NCBI GenBank assembly: GCA_002633005.1
Contig: NMRA01000102.1
Span: forward strand, 449,511-513,510
From: Phoronis australis
Taxonomy: Eukaryota > Animalia > Phoronida
Reading direction: 5' to 3'
Length of the DNA: 64,000 nt
Shown here: positions 1 to 13,000 of the stretch, piece by piece
Layout of the letters: the number at the start of each line of letters is the position of its first letter
Position numbering within the stretch: the first letter of the stretch is position 1
Translations under genes and position numbers: made by a program
Notes under the pieces: model-generated
The model's input: the letters and a program-made list of their open reading frames with translations, nothing else
Told to the model about the DNA's origin: nothing
Database searches by the model: none

Positions 1-156
1 TTGTTATTCCATACAATTTGATTTTTCAAACCAATATTCTTATGTAAGTAGTCTGTTATTTGCTCCCAGGACCATAACATATCAGAGAACAATAGGTTGA
101 AGTTTTCTATTAAGCAAATTTTTATGAGCACAACCTCGTCCACAATTTCTATAAAC

Positions 157-238
157 TTATTTAGGGAATATCTACCATGCCTTATTTAGAGAATATCTAC
201 CATTCCTTATTTAGGGAATATCTACCGTTCCTTATTTT
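157..238. repeat. 25-bp tandem repeat, about 3 copies
   Basis: Unit cttatttagggaatatctaccat(g/t)c. Confidence 0.8.
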
Positions 239-831
239 TTCCTTATAAAAAGCGTTTACTCCATTTAATTAACAAGGACTTACACAAAATGTTGACATCT
301 GACACAGCTAAGCTCCTTCTTTCCCTGCTATTTACAGCAATCTCTCTTCTAACTCTTGGGGGTTTATTTTGCCATATGAAACCCTGGATAATATCATTTA
401 TCTCCCTTTGTTTGTTAGGAGGCATACCTAATGTATTCGTAACATAAATTATTTTGGATATAGCAAAAGTTTTGATCACCTCAATTCTTCCAAGTAAGGA
501 AATATTGCAGCATTTCCATATATCTAATGTTTTTTTGAAAATTTTTAATTTTGTCATCATAATTATGGGCATTGTTTCTTCCCTTAGTGTGCCCAAAATA
601 TGTGCCCAAACATTTGATTGTCTTTCCAGACCATTTAAAGTTATACATAATTTCATTGCATTCTTATGCTTGCCAAGATGGACGCCTTGACACTTATTTG
701 GATTTAACTTTAATCCAGAGACTTCCCCAAAACTTTGAAGGAAGTCTAGTAAATTAAAATCCGATGTCTTGTCTTGAAGAAATGTTGTATTGTCAGCATA
801 CTGCAATACCTTAAATTCATATCCTTCAATA

Positions 832-1318
832 CAGGCCTTTATCTAGGATTTTGAAAATAGGGTGTCCAAAATGGGGTTCCCTATATTCCAGGGCATCCAT
901 GATTCCGACGCGTAACCCCCCCACCCCCAGCAATACCCCCAAACAGATTTTTTTGCAAAAAATGCATAGATCAAGGTTTTTACATCTAAGTTTATAAAAC
1001 AGCCTTCTATGGTGGGCATTTTTACTTAACAAAACTGTAGACCAAGACTTTTACAATGCTGTCAACCAAGTGTGAGCATAGCAACATTGTATATACTTTG
1101 TATATACATTGTATATTTCTTCCTGCTTTGAAAAAACAGCCCCCACTGTGAGCCTTCAGAGACTTCCTAGTATTCATTACAATGTGTGAGTCCAAACTTG
1201 AAAGGTTCCTATTGACAGTGGGCGTCCAAATGATACATTGGGCATCCTTGCCAGGGCGTCCAGATTAGTGCTAGGGCGTCCATTTGGACGCCCAGGACGT
1301 ACGCTGCATAAAGGCCTG
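832..1318. mobile_element. hAT-type MITE, 487 bp
   Basis: TIRs CAGGCCTTTAT...ATAAAGGCCTG. Perfect 8-bp TSD cttcaata at 824-831 and 1319-1326. Partial second copy at 41591-41881. Confidence 0.88.
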
Positions 1319-2414
1319 CTTCAATATTAATACTTGTAATTAAATTATTGTTTCTAATATAATTCGCCATTACTTCGACACATAAAATAAATGACCTGAT
1401 GATGAGTCTCCTTGTCTGACTCCTCTTTTAAGTTTAGCAGTCAGTGGACAGGCCATTGTTAATCACACATTAAGTGGGGTTGTTATAGAGAATGTTCTCC
1501 CATTTTTTAAAATTGGGGCCAAAATTAAAGGCATGCAAAACCTTATGTATAAATTTCCATTCAATTGTGTCATACACTTTTTTGAAGTCCAAAAATAGGA
1601 TGTGGCCTTGAACTTTATTAAAGTTTTGTATATGCATTCTTCTATTATTCTTATATTGTAACCAATAAATCTCCCTTTAACAGCACTTTGATTAATACAT
1701 GTATGTATCAACTGATGCATACAAGTATACAAATGACGTCAGAACTTTGGTTAACAACTGTTTGTAATCTATGTTTAAAAATGTTATTGGTCTTCGGAAA
1801 TCTAATGACGGTAATTCTGAGTTATCTTTAGACTTAGGTATAAGAGTTATAATTCCTCTATTTTGTGAGGGAGACAAACTTTCTGCTTCAAGGCTGTATT
1901 CAAAACACTCAAAAAGAGGACCTTTAGTTTCTTCCCAAAAACATTTATAAAATTCATAACTCAAACCATCTATTCCTGGCGATTTGTTTTTTCTTAGTAT
2001 TTTTTAAAGCTTCATAAAATTCAGCTTAGGTAAAATCCTTATCCAGAAATTCAGCATCATCGACTGATAGAGTGTCGGGCAATTCAAACATAGTGAGAAT
2101 ATTTAAATTTGTTTTGCTGTATAACTTGGAGAAATAATCAAACATATATTTCCTTCCTTATTAAGCCCTGACCTCTAATTTATTGTCCATTATTATCAAT
2201 TATTAATACATTTCTTCTTGTAGTTTCTTTTTTCCAAGTTACCAAAATATTTGTTGGTACCTTCTCCATTTTCTATCCATTGAGCTCTACTTCTGATCAT
2301 CTCTTCTTTTACTTTTTGGGTCTACAATAACTGTATTTGTAATTAACGACAAGCCCGAAATCATAATTTGTTCTCAGATTAAAGCAAATGAAAGCATTGC
2401 AGTGACAGTAATTT

Positions 2415-2632
2415 GTTTTGTCTTCATCCATAGAAATAATAGTTACTCACTTAGCTGGCAAATAAAGAGAATCACATGTTTTGTCTTCATGGTGTTGTGG
2501 GACCATAGAAATGATAGTTACTCACTTAGCTGGCAAATAAAGAGAATCACACGTTTTGTCTTCATGGTGTTTTGGGACCATAGAAATGATAGTTACTCAC
2601 TTAGCTTGCAAATAAAGAGAATCACATGTTTC
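2415..2632. repeat. ~75-bp tandem repeat, about 3 copies
   Basis: catagaaatgatagttactcacttagctggcaaataaagagaatcacatgttttgtcttcatgg recurs three times. Confidence 0.85.
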
Positions 2633-2999
2633 GCTTATGATGAATGGCAATGCTGTTTTACATGAAGACTTGCAAATTTATCTGAGTGGCCAAACCCACA
2701 AAATGTCAGTGTATTTGTGATAATGAACTCATTGCGTTAAAAGACATTTTTCCTTGATTAATATGAAACAAGCCCTCAATACTTTAATGCTACTATTTGA
2801 GGCATTGTCAAAGAGGGATGGTAACCATGGGGAGTGGGGTGACGGGATACTAGAATATTCCCTTCAACCAAAAAATTCTCCTTTGAGAAGGCATAGAAAC
2901 GTTTATCCAGCCAGGGCCTTGTTAGAGGGCATTGTTGTTGTCTGTGGCTTTGTGTTGCCGGTAATGTTCCAGTATGAAGGTCATCAATTGTTATTTCAG

Positions 3000-5972
3000 G
3001 CAACTCCCGCAGCCTCAGTTTAGATGCCTATGATCAATATGACAACCTGGAGAAGACCAGTCAGTTTAGATTCACACCTCCTACGCACACTATGCTGGCG
3101 TTTAGGCAGGCTCTGTTGGAATTTGAAGAAGAAGGTGGAGTCAAAGGTCGAGCACAAAGGTATGATTGACTTTTGTTGTGAAGCGCATGTTTTCTTGTGA
3201 TGGGTGATGTCTGGCAAGAAATTTCTGAATGGCTAGATTGACAGTTTGACAGCAAGAAATTAACTGCTAACATTATGCAAGAAATGGCATGCATTGTCAG
3301 TAAAGATTTTGTTTGGAAACTGTTTGAAGTTGTGAAACCAAGTAATAGTTTTAGGAGACTTTCAAGTAGGAACGTGGGTGCTGATCATTTGGGACTAGAT
3401 ACTAGTGACCTCTAGAGCATGAGAGTGTTTAAAATATATCCCATGCCATCACATACCTTCTAAAAACTAAGGTCTTTTCACGATGTTAAACACATTCCCC
3501 TATCCACCTGCTACAAAAAAGAATCACCTCCCAGTACAACTAGGTGGCTATAACAGTTATCAGGCCATGTGATAAGCCACTATTGCTTCCTGAAATTCCC
3601 CAGTTGTAAATAAACTGGATTGGCTGTCATTGCATGTGTGTCACTATACCTTGCAGGTATCAGTCTTATCGTCATGTGCTATGTGTCACTATACCTTGCA
3701 GGTATCACTCTAATCGTCATGTGCTATTTTTCACTATACCTTGCAGGTATCAGTCTAACTGTCATGTGCTATGTGTTACTATACCTTGCAGGTATCAATC
3801 TAATCGTCATGTGCTACGTGAAGGAATGAATAAGATGGGATTCAAAGAGTTCCTGGATAACACCCATCACGGCTACATCATTACATCCTACCACTTCCCA
3901 AGTGACCCCAACTTTGACTTCAAGGAGTTTTACTCTCGCTTGAGTGATTTAGGTAGAATTTTTGAAATTTTGGGTTGGTGCACTTAATGTCTCATTTGTT
4001 TGGAACTGTAATGATTGACATTAACATTCAGTAACATCATGGCTAAGTTTACCTGACATCGTCTGTGAAAATAGTTTTCAATTGTATATTTATTTGTGGG
4101 AGCATATTGCCATCTCGTCTGTCTCTCCAGGCATCTAGGCGTCCGGTGTCCGGCATCTGCAGCAATGCTGTATCTCCTAAACCCCTCACAGGATCTTGAT
4201 GAGATTTGGCAGATGTGTTTCTATGAAAATGACGAATTTTGGATGGATTTGACTTCTGGTGTGCCCTCTTGTGGTACTTTTTTATGTTTACCTCTGTATC
4301 TTCAAAGGTCCTCTACAGGTTTTCATAAAACTTGGCACATAGGTATCTATTAATGAGATGACGCTCTCCTCCCATTTTTGGATGAATTTGAGGTATTTTG
4401 TGCCACTTAGCGGCCATTCATACTGTTTTTGGCGTCATCCCTTCTATCAATCTCTAAGGATGATAATGTGAAAATTGGCATGTAAAGCTTCTTACTATAA
4501 GGAAGACAGTTGATGATTTTCCGATGACTTTGATTACTGTGGCGCCTCCTAGTGGCAGTTTTGTTTTTTTTTGCGCCCATACCTGTATCTCCTAAGTCCT
4601 CTGCAGGATCTTTATTAAATTTAGCACGTGTATTTATTTGAAGTTTACAATGAACACTGTGCCCCCTAGTGGCAATTTCATTTTTTCTGTTTTTCCTCTG
4701 TTTCTCTGAGGTTTCTTGACAAATTTTCATGAAATGTTGTAAATAGCTTTTTACAGAAACAATTACATTTTCCAGTTTTCAGAAGGATTCAACGTATTTT
4801 GCACCATCTAGTGGCTATTTTTACTGTTTTCTAGTCTGTTTTTGGCGTCTGCCCTCTGTCAACCAAACCACTCTTAGGATGATTGTGAAAATTGGCTTAT
4901 ATGTTCTTAGTGTGAAGAAGACACTTGATGGTGATTTTCCGAGTTCAATTACTGTGGCGCCTCCTAGTGGCAGTTTTATTTTTTTTTGAGCCCTTAGCTG
5001 TATCTTCTAAGCCCTCTGCAGGATCTTTATTAAATTTAGCAAGAGTATTTATATGAAGTTGACAATGGAAGACGACAACTTTCAGACAGATCCGACAAAC
5101 GCTCTGCCCCCTAGTGGCAATTTCATTTTTCCATTTTTCTCTGTTTCTTTAAAGTTTGTTGACTGATTTTCATGACATGTGGTTAATAGCTTTCTGTTAA
5201 AAAACGGTGACATCTTCCCGGTTTTTGATGGATTCGAAGTATTTTGCACCGTCTAGTGGCCATTTTTATGATACAAATAAACACCCCTAGAAGCACACCA
5301 TTTGCAGTGCATTTGTGGACGCATTATAATGCTTCGTGTTGCTCTTGTTATGAGGTTTGGTTAATAACTTTCTATTAAAGAAACAATGACATGTTGCTGT
5401 TTTTGTATGGAATCAACATATTTTGTGCCATCTAGTGGCCATTTTAAGGATACAAATAAAAATCCCTAGAAGCACACTGCATTCGTGAGTGCAATTCTGT
5501 GCTCTGCATTGCTCTTACGACTTGTTTATTATCAAATTGTGTGGATTCATTTTTGTTGAACATATTTGAATACATTTTGCCTCTACAATTAAGCATGTAA
5601 AACAGAATTTTAACTAAAACATGAAAAATGCCAACAGTTCTAGACCTAATAAATTCTTTTTGTATTGCAATTATCTTTTCATGCTCTGCAAGGTAGTGCA
5701 AATTAAAGACCTTTTTTCATCTTATCTAATATCCTTTCTGTTTTTAAAAAGGAAGCTTGGGCCACAAGTTATATTATTTGGGCGTATGTCAAACATAAAT
5801 TTTTAATTACCCCATTGCAGATCAAGTCATCTACCCAGGAAAGGTCCTCAACGCAGACTGCTTCAGAATTGGCAACATTGGACAGCTGACACAGACAGAC
5901 ATGCAGCACCTGTTGAGATGTATTGAAAAAGTGTGTCATGACATGGACGTTAAGCTACCTGTGCAGTACTGA
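3000..5972 (+). CDS. phnW: 2-aminoethylphosphonate-pyruvate transaminase (PhnW/AEP transaminase, class V PLP enzyme); last three coding exons, 5' part upstream of the window
   Basis: Exons: 3000-3159 ([54 protein letters not shown]), 3792-3952 ([46 protein letters not shown]) and 5821-5972 ([25 protein letters not shown]). Junctions are GT-AG and phase-consistent. SLSLD, FTPPTH, IYPGK and FRIGNIG are characteristic PhnW motifs. Confidence 0.9.
3634..3816 (+). repeat. 45-bp tandem repeat x4 spanning the phnW splice acceptor
   Basis: Unit gtgtcactataccttgcag|gtatcantctaatcgtcatgtgctat. Possible exon starts at 3657, 3702, 3747 and 3792. Confidence 0.92.
4080..5516 (+). mobile_element. Helentron-associated non-autonomous element (HINE/DINE-1-like), copy 1, with a duplicated 3' end
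   Basis: Decayed 5' palindrome, GTCC-like microsatellite and ~150-bp monomers carrying gcgcc(c/t)cctagtggc. 3' terminus gtggacgcatt..gctcttgtt at 5349, with a second 3' end to ~5516. Confidence 0.75.
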
Positions 5973-6654
5973 GTGACACATGTCTATAGGGGCACTTCAC
6001 TTGTCAATCATTAGTCATCTCATAGTATTCCTTAAACTTGGGTTCGTATCACTGGAATTCTTGAAATATAAAGTGGCCTTGGCCCATTTTGTGGAATCTC
6101 CTTATTAAGTCTTAAAAGACTTGTATAACATCATCTTGAAAACTATTCTCTTGGTAAATTTTTGAGCATTTCCACCAAAAATGTAGTTAAGATCAAAAAC
6201 GGTAGATCCCAATTGTTTCTGTGCCAATTTAAAGAATTTTTACTCATATCAAAAATCTCTTTATTGTTGTTTAAAAAACATTCTTTTTATGTTAATTGCC
6301 TTTGACTCAGATCAATAGTTTCGTAGCATGTTAGTGCTGCGAGTGATATGTGTTCAACAAAGTTCCCTAAGAACGAAAACTTATTTTACCATAAATGATG
6401 CATAGGCATAAGGTTGATGAGTTTCTGATTTGTAATTTGTGGAAAACAAAATTCTGGTGCGTATGTGTGTAACTGCTGCAACATGATGAACCTCAAGGTA
6501 ATAGTAGCTCCGTTCTGTGCAAAACAACTAGTTTTCATAGTTGGTGAAAAGTGTGTTAGATGTGCCAGCACTTGTCAAAATTGCTTACAAATCAAATCAT
6601 AGACTGGGTTTTATTGTTCTCACTCTCTTGGCACTGTCAGAAAAGACTTGTCAT

Positions 6655-6860
6655 TGGTGCCTAGTGATGATGTTTAGGTGATGAACCAATCAAACTGGTG
6701 CCTAGTGATGATGTTTAGGTGATGAACCAATCAAACTGGTGCCTAGTGATGATGTTTAGGTGATGAACCAATCAAACTGGTGCCTAGTGATGATGTTTAG
6801 GTGATGAACCAATCAAACTGGTGCCTAGTGGTGATGTTTAGGTGATGAACCAATCAAACT
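6655..6860. repeat. 41-bp minisatellite x5, downstream of the phnW stop
   Basis: Near-perfect copies of tggtgcctagtgatgatgtttaggtgatgaaccaatcaaac. Confidence 0.95.
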
Positions 6861-8062
6861 CATGCCAGCTCATGAACCAATCAAATCTATTCTAGTTAAG
6901 CTGAGTCAGTATTTGTTCTTGTAAATCGACTCATCCAGACAGTTGATACCAAATTATTTCAATCGCTCGATTGCCAGAGTAAAATATGTTACAGTGTTTG
7001 TATGTGGTTGTGTAGTTGGTTAGTACTTGAAGGGGTGACTAGATGTATCTCAAAGAGGGACCAGTGGGTGCAATGGTTTACAATCAGTGAGAGGGTAGTG
7101 GGTTGTTGGCTGGATCAACAGGGGATAAAGTATAGTCACAAACTGATCAGGCTCAGTTTTGTGTAAATGTTCTATGCTGAGCATTTTCTGTTTCATCGTG
7201 ATTTGCATTATGTAAGATACTTGTCTGTTCTAAGGTAAAATTCATATGAGCAAACACTCCGGTATCTTGCCAAATAATGATAGTTTTGGTCAGTGCAAGT
7301 CAGAGTATTATATTTTTCTACATTTGTCTGTAAAATTGTATTTTTCTTGGTTAAATGATTTTTTATACAATGCTTTATACTTTTGAATTCTAATACTGAA
7401 ATTCTGTTAATGGTGTGAACTATTTTGCAGTATTATTTTACAAAACTATAAAGTAGTATTCAGATTCAAACTTTCAAAAATGATCTTTGTATATTTTCCA
7501 ATCATGTCATGCCCTGTTTTAAATGCTACGGATGGAAACTTCTCTTGCAATCATTTTGTACATCTTCTGAACTCAACAAACTGTTAAACAGTGTGGTTAA
7601 ACTTGGGGTGGCCAGCAGAGCCACAGTGATCAACTCTTGTTTACACAACTGCTATGAATTGCAGATTACTAGAATCTGAAGTCTAATCAGCACACTAAGT
7701 GTCAGTGCCTATTAAGCTTAGAATGCCAAACCAGTTACACATAGTTACAAAATGAACACAGATTGTTCAATTGACCTACCTCAAGGAATCTGGTTCAGAA
7801 AGTATACAAAATTATTGATTACTTTGACTTAAATAATCTCTTCATAAGATATGAAATTAGTTATGACCTTGAGCCGAGTCTGACAGAGGACTCTGGTAAT
7901 CTCCATGCTTTGTCCACTTTGAGTAGTCGTCAGAGGACTTTAGGTAATCTCTATGCTTTGTTCACCAGGGGGACTCCATGTAGTTATTTAATCATGGCTT
8001 TTTGTATTTGGATTAAGTTTGCAATTTGATATGCGGAGGATTACATGGTAAATTTGGTAGTA

Positions 8063-8149
8063 GTCACTTACAAGGGTCCCACAACCAGTATTCTCCACTA
8101 AATAATGCGCCTGAAACTGGTTATCAAATTCTGGGACCCTACTAGTGAT
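8063..8149. mobile_element. Small palindromic MITE-like element; second copy at 31543-31638
   Basis: gtcacttacaagggtccc..aaccagt / actggtt..gggaccct..agtga. The left end matches the copy at 31543. Confidence 0.5.
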
Positions 8150-8539
8150 TATTGCTGATTAGGTGGTACCTGGAATAGATTGATCTGAAAGCTTTGAAGT
8201 TGTAGGTATTTTGTAATAAACATGAAATTTCCAAAACCAGTGGTGTATCATATGAAATTGGGAAAGTTTGTGGGTGACGATTTTGAACTAAAACTTCCTT
8301 GAAGCCACATGCTTGAACGTCACTGTTTGGGTTGTGGGGTGAAACCCTGTGTTTTGGTTCTTGAATGCAGTTCCAAATATACATGATAATACCATGGACC
8401 AAATGAAGTTGACCGATTTGCTTCTGCAGGAAGAGTCACCCCTACTACATATATAACGTACGCGATGATAACTGTGGGTTATTACATCGAGAAACGTGAT
8501 ATGCAAGTAGATATTGGTCATACATATCGTGTGAACTAT

Positions 8540-9321
8540 TTTTATGTGCCACATATTTATATGTAGATGCATTATGCCGTCATCTCTGTCCGTCCGTCCG
8601 GGCGGCGTCCGTCCGGGCGGCGTCCGTCCGGCGTCGGCTGCTCTATCTCCAAAACCCTTTGACATACGTTCATGAAATTTGATGTTTTAACAACGGACGA
8701 CGACTTTTAGACAGATCCGACTACCAGTGTGCCCCTTAGTGGCAATTTTAGTTTTTTACGTTTAACTCAACAGATTTTCATAAAATTTTAAATATAGGCA
8801 TCTATTGGTGTGAAGACGCTATCTTCCTGTTTTTGGATGGAATCGAAGTATTTTGCACCACCTAGTGGCCTTTTTTGCTGTTTTCAAATCTTGTTTTGGT
8901 GTCCATCCCTGTATCAACCAAATCATTTGAAAATTGGCATATATGTTCTCAGTGTGAAGTTGACCTTTGATGATGGTGCCTGACTACTGTGGCGCTTCCT
9001 AGTGGTAGTTTTGCGCCCATAGCTGTATCTCCTGAACCCACTGCAGGATCTTTATATTAAATTTAGTAAGTGTATTTATATGAAGATAACAACAGACGAC
9101 GACTTTCAGACGCATCCAACGGAGGCTGTGCCCACTAGTGGCAATTTCATTTCATTTTGTTTCCTTTGTTTCTCTGAAGTTCCTTGACAGATTTCTACGA
9201 AATATGGCATGTTTCTGTTTTGGATGGATTGTACTTTTTTACGCCATCTAGTGGCCAACCTAAAAGCACACCATTTGCAATGCATTCAGGGCGTATTTCA
9301 ACGCTCTGCGTTGGTCTTGTT
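8540..9321 (+). mobile_element. HINE/DINE-like element, copy 2
   Basis: 5' ttttatgtgccacatatttatatgtag palindrome, (ccgt)n/gggcggcgtccgtcc microsatellite and monomers. 3' gggcgtatttcaacgctctgcgttggtcttgtt. Confidence 0.8.
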
Positions 9322-10043
9322 AAATCACTTTTTTTCACCTTAATTTCCATCAAGTTTGTTAAAATCAAAATTTTAGGTGGTGTTTGACGGATATGTTTAT
9401 GATTTAAAAACGTGGAATTTGACATGTGACACTCAGTGTTAAGACTAAATTATTTTGAATACAACATGTACTGAATAGAAAAATATTTTTATCCCTGCCT
9501 CGAGTTCAAACTAACAGTATTGCAATTGGCAACTTGCACTAATCCAAACAACCAGTGAATATGACATTTTTAAATAGAAATGCTGTGTTTATTGAGCAGC
9601 TACAGGTACTCACAATTCACACCTTTAAACTCTTAAGAAGTAAGTGATGTACAAATGGAATGTTTTATTTTATGACAACTTTCGTACATACAGGATCAAA
9701 CACACCAAGTTTTATAACAGTATTTTTGACTTAAATGAAATATAATTAGGAAATACATTGTAAATTCCTCACTTTCGGTTCTATTACTGTGTGACCAAAT
9801 ACAAATGTGCTATACGCTGAACTTTGACCTAACACGACCTAAACATTCAGTTTCAATTTGTGGAAAAAAAACCTCAGTGCAGATCGACAAGATTCAAAAT
9901 TTTGACAGTACTATGAATTTTGGCTATAATCCTAAAATTTTCTACTAATTATAAAACAGATACATGGCTTGAGACCACGTTTAATTATAAATTTCAATAA
10001 AAATAAATATACTGCATTTAAAGCATCTCGCACCGTAAGTCCT

Positions 10044-13000
10044 TCACATAAAATGTTCGGCAAGACGAACATCAGATTTCAATTTGGAGTCCAACTCTAC
10101 GTACTTGTGGGGAGCCATTTCTTTATGCCTATAACAAACAAAACGAAGAAAGGCATTATCCAAATGTAAAATTAATAGATTAACTTCATTTCATAACATG
10201 TAAATTAAAACATACCATGTAAATCCAGAGGTCCATGTGTGTTGATGTACTCTTTAATATAATTGACAGAACCGCTACTTTTAGGAGTGTGTGCATAGAA
10301 CAATAAATAGTCAGCAGTGAAGCTGCGGCAATCTATACCCAACCTGTCTTTTATAGAGCTGGCTCTGCTCTGCTCATTACAGGGAACTATCTGATGTTGC
10401 CAGACCTGGCATGAGCCTGTTGATCACATTTCATAAATGACCATCACTACCTTCATGTTTAATAAACAGGGAATAGAAAACGATGCTTTGTAATGTCAAC
10501 CTTTCGAGGTCAGCAGAATGGCAAAAATAATGAGGGGACACAGGCATGCTCAGTATTGTTGCACTTTGCCGCCCTTGGTAATTGCCACTGTTGCCTTCCT
10601 GTATTTGTCCCTGCTTACAAGGTCCGTCCAAAGTACTTCAGATATCTCTCTGTCTTGGCACAGTTCAATAATACAATAATTATTCATGTTCCTACCTATT
10701 GAGCCTCAGTTCCAGTATATGTATCTTGAACATGGCTTCTGCACAATAGTTCAGATATTCTTCTTCATCATCCTTTTGCATGGACATCTGGTTCTGTTGA
10801 TACCATTGTTGCTTCTTCTGAAGCTCTTGAGTCTCCTGTAATATAACAAAAATGATAGCTGGGCTCTTGTGCATGGAGGTGGAACATACATGTCTAAAGT
10901 GTCTATAAGCCAACCTTGCACCACAAAATTAACTTAGATCACCATAATATGAAACTTGTTTCAAATTATTCTTTGGTTAAAATAGCCTGGTGTTAATTTG
11001 ATGGCTTGGAAAAAACTGACAGTTCGTTATCACTTGAGACCAGGTTCAACATGTTGACAATTATGTGTCAATTTGCTCAGCACAAACTCAAGCAAAAAGG
11101 AATTGTCAGTTCTTTGCAAGATTAAAAATCATTTTTCAACTGAGCAAGGAATAAGTTTGGAGCAGTTTTAAGTGATCTAAATAAAAAGTTATAATTCTTT
11201 GACAACATCTGGTGCCAGATAAACCTAAAAACAACTGCGGCAAAAGAACTTGTCTACAGAGGTGCTGTCGCTTACAATGGGCTTGGGACTGCTGTCACAA
11301 ACGCGCCCAATATCCACGTTTTCAAACAGAAACACTGCGACTGTGCACAGATCCAGAACAATATGCCTCAGCTCATCATTATTCTTATTTTATCTTATTA
11401 ATTCATCTAATTGAATATATTAACTAATTTTTATACTATTTGTTTCTATTTATTGATCTATCCAAGCTAATTGTACACAGCTCTATGTATTTTACTTCAT
11501 GTAATTATTTCTGACTAGGCCCACTTGAAAATCAGCTATATTCACTGAGTGGTCACCCAGTCTTTTAAATAAATAAATAAATACAGCCACTTTAATTTAT
11601 GCACAACATTGCTATAAACTTCAAAATATTTGTTGTTTAAATGTTACATTTTTACGTTTTTATTAAAGGCATGTGTTGCCATGCTCCCATAAAACAGAGA
11701 CTTATGGTCCTCCCAAGATATTCTCAAGCAGTTAAATTACTAAATGGAACCAAAGCCACAAAACAGTGATCAGAATACACTTAAGTTTACTGAACACTCT
11801 TTCCAACTTAAGGTTATATGAGACCTTGTCACCAAGTGTGACCATTTACACAAATATCTTCTGAAAGGGACGTTCTCAATGAGAAAAGTAATTTACAGAA
11901 ATCTGCAGAAGCATGGAATCGAATCCACAGCAGTAGCAGCTGTACGCCCTATCACTGAGCAAAATCCCTGAACAGCAGTCAGAATATTTTAGGTGTAATA
12001 AATGGTAAATACAAATGTCTTCAACAGATTTTGTTTAAAATCTCTGGTTAAAGCTATTAACTTTAAAGGTCTATCTCCTTCAACAACTCTCACATAATTG
12101 TGTTGTTCGATGGAAAAATGATAACATTCAAAAGAAAATAAAGAAATTAATAAAATGATATACATATTCTAGATAAAATCTCAAAAATGCTATTTTAAAA
12201 GTTTCCAAAATTATTATTCTTGTTTTATGCAACCTTTGAAGTGTCATGAAAATCTACAAACACCTGTTTTTTGATAATGCTTCACGCAAAAGTGCAACAC
12301 TTGTAGTACTTAGTGCATAATGCACAATATCACTGGAATATGACCACCTATTTCTGAGATATAATGAGTAATATCATTGGAATATGACCATCTATTTCTG
12401 AGACATAATGTACAATATCAATGGAAATTGACCATCTATTTCTGAGATACCATGTTTCAAAATTACCAAAATTTGTACAGTTAGTAATTCTTCTGAAGTG
12501 TCACATAACTTCAAGAATACAGATCATATGTTTCATTTTTTACACTCAATTGTAATTGAAATATTTCAAAAATCTTAACATTCAAAAGCACTTCTTAAGC
12601 CTATTTTCATAACAATCACACATTATAAACAATCAGTCGTTTCACAATGAGCCTACCTTCTCAAAGCGTGCCTGTATCAGGTTGGCCTTGTCAATCAACC
12701 TCTGTTTGAGGTCATGTAGACACTCTTCTTTCAGTTTGTATGCCTGTTGTCGGTTGATCTTCTCAGGGTCGCCCATCTGTGCCAAGAATGGCGCTAGGTA
12801 GTCCAGCTCCATCTCTTGTCGACGCATCTTCTCTTCTTGCAATTGGCGCTCCTGGGCATGATCAAATGGGAGTTAAGAATACTGTATCAGTTTAATGACG
12901 AAAATATTCACAATTGTCCAATTGACAGCTTGTTGACTGCAATCTAAAATAATGATACACTCGCACCTCTAACTGCCCCTCCAAAGCTCCATTTTAACTT

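Larger units (their letters stand above)
1..2330 (-). mobile_element. Decayed non-LTR retrotransposon ORF2 (L1/Tx1-clade reverse transcriptase), antisense in a phnW intron
   Basis: Minus-strand fragments read GIDGLSYEFYKCFWEE..LSPSQNRGIITLIPK..RPITFLNIDYK (1692-1980), QYADNTT (degenerate YADD) and GLKLNPNKC..LLGRIEVIKTFAISKIIY (243-806). Multiple stops and frameshifts. Split by the MITE at 832-1318. Confidence 0.9.

Noticed and set aside
4096-4730. Short ORFs inside HINE copies (also 32006-32350, 48103-49255, 50085-50715)
   Set aside because: No recognisable domains, and frames are not conserved between copies of the non-coding repeat.
3000-5972. phnW as bacterial contamination
   Set aside because: It has canonical phase-consistent spliceosomal introns containing the same repeat family as the rest of the window.
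6655-6860. Regularly spaced repeats (also 18795-19165, 59750-59933, 62862-62990) as CRISPR arrays
   Set aside because: They are head-to-tail units with no unique spacers, there are no cas genes, and the context is eukaryotic.
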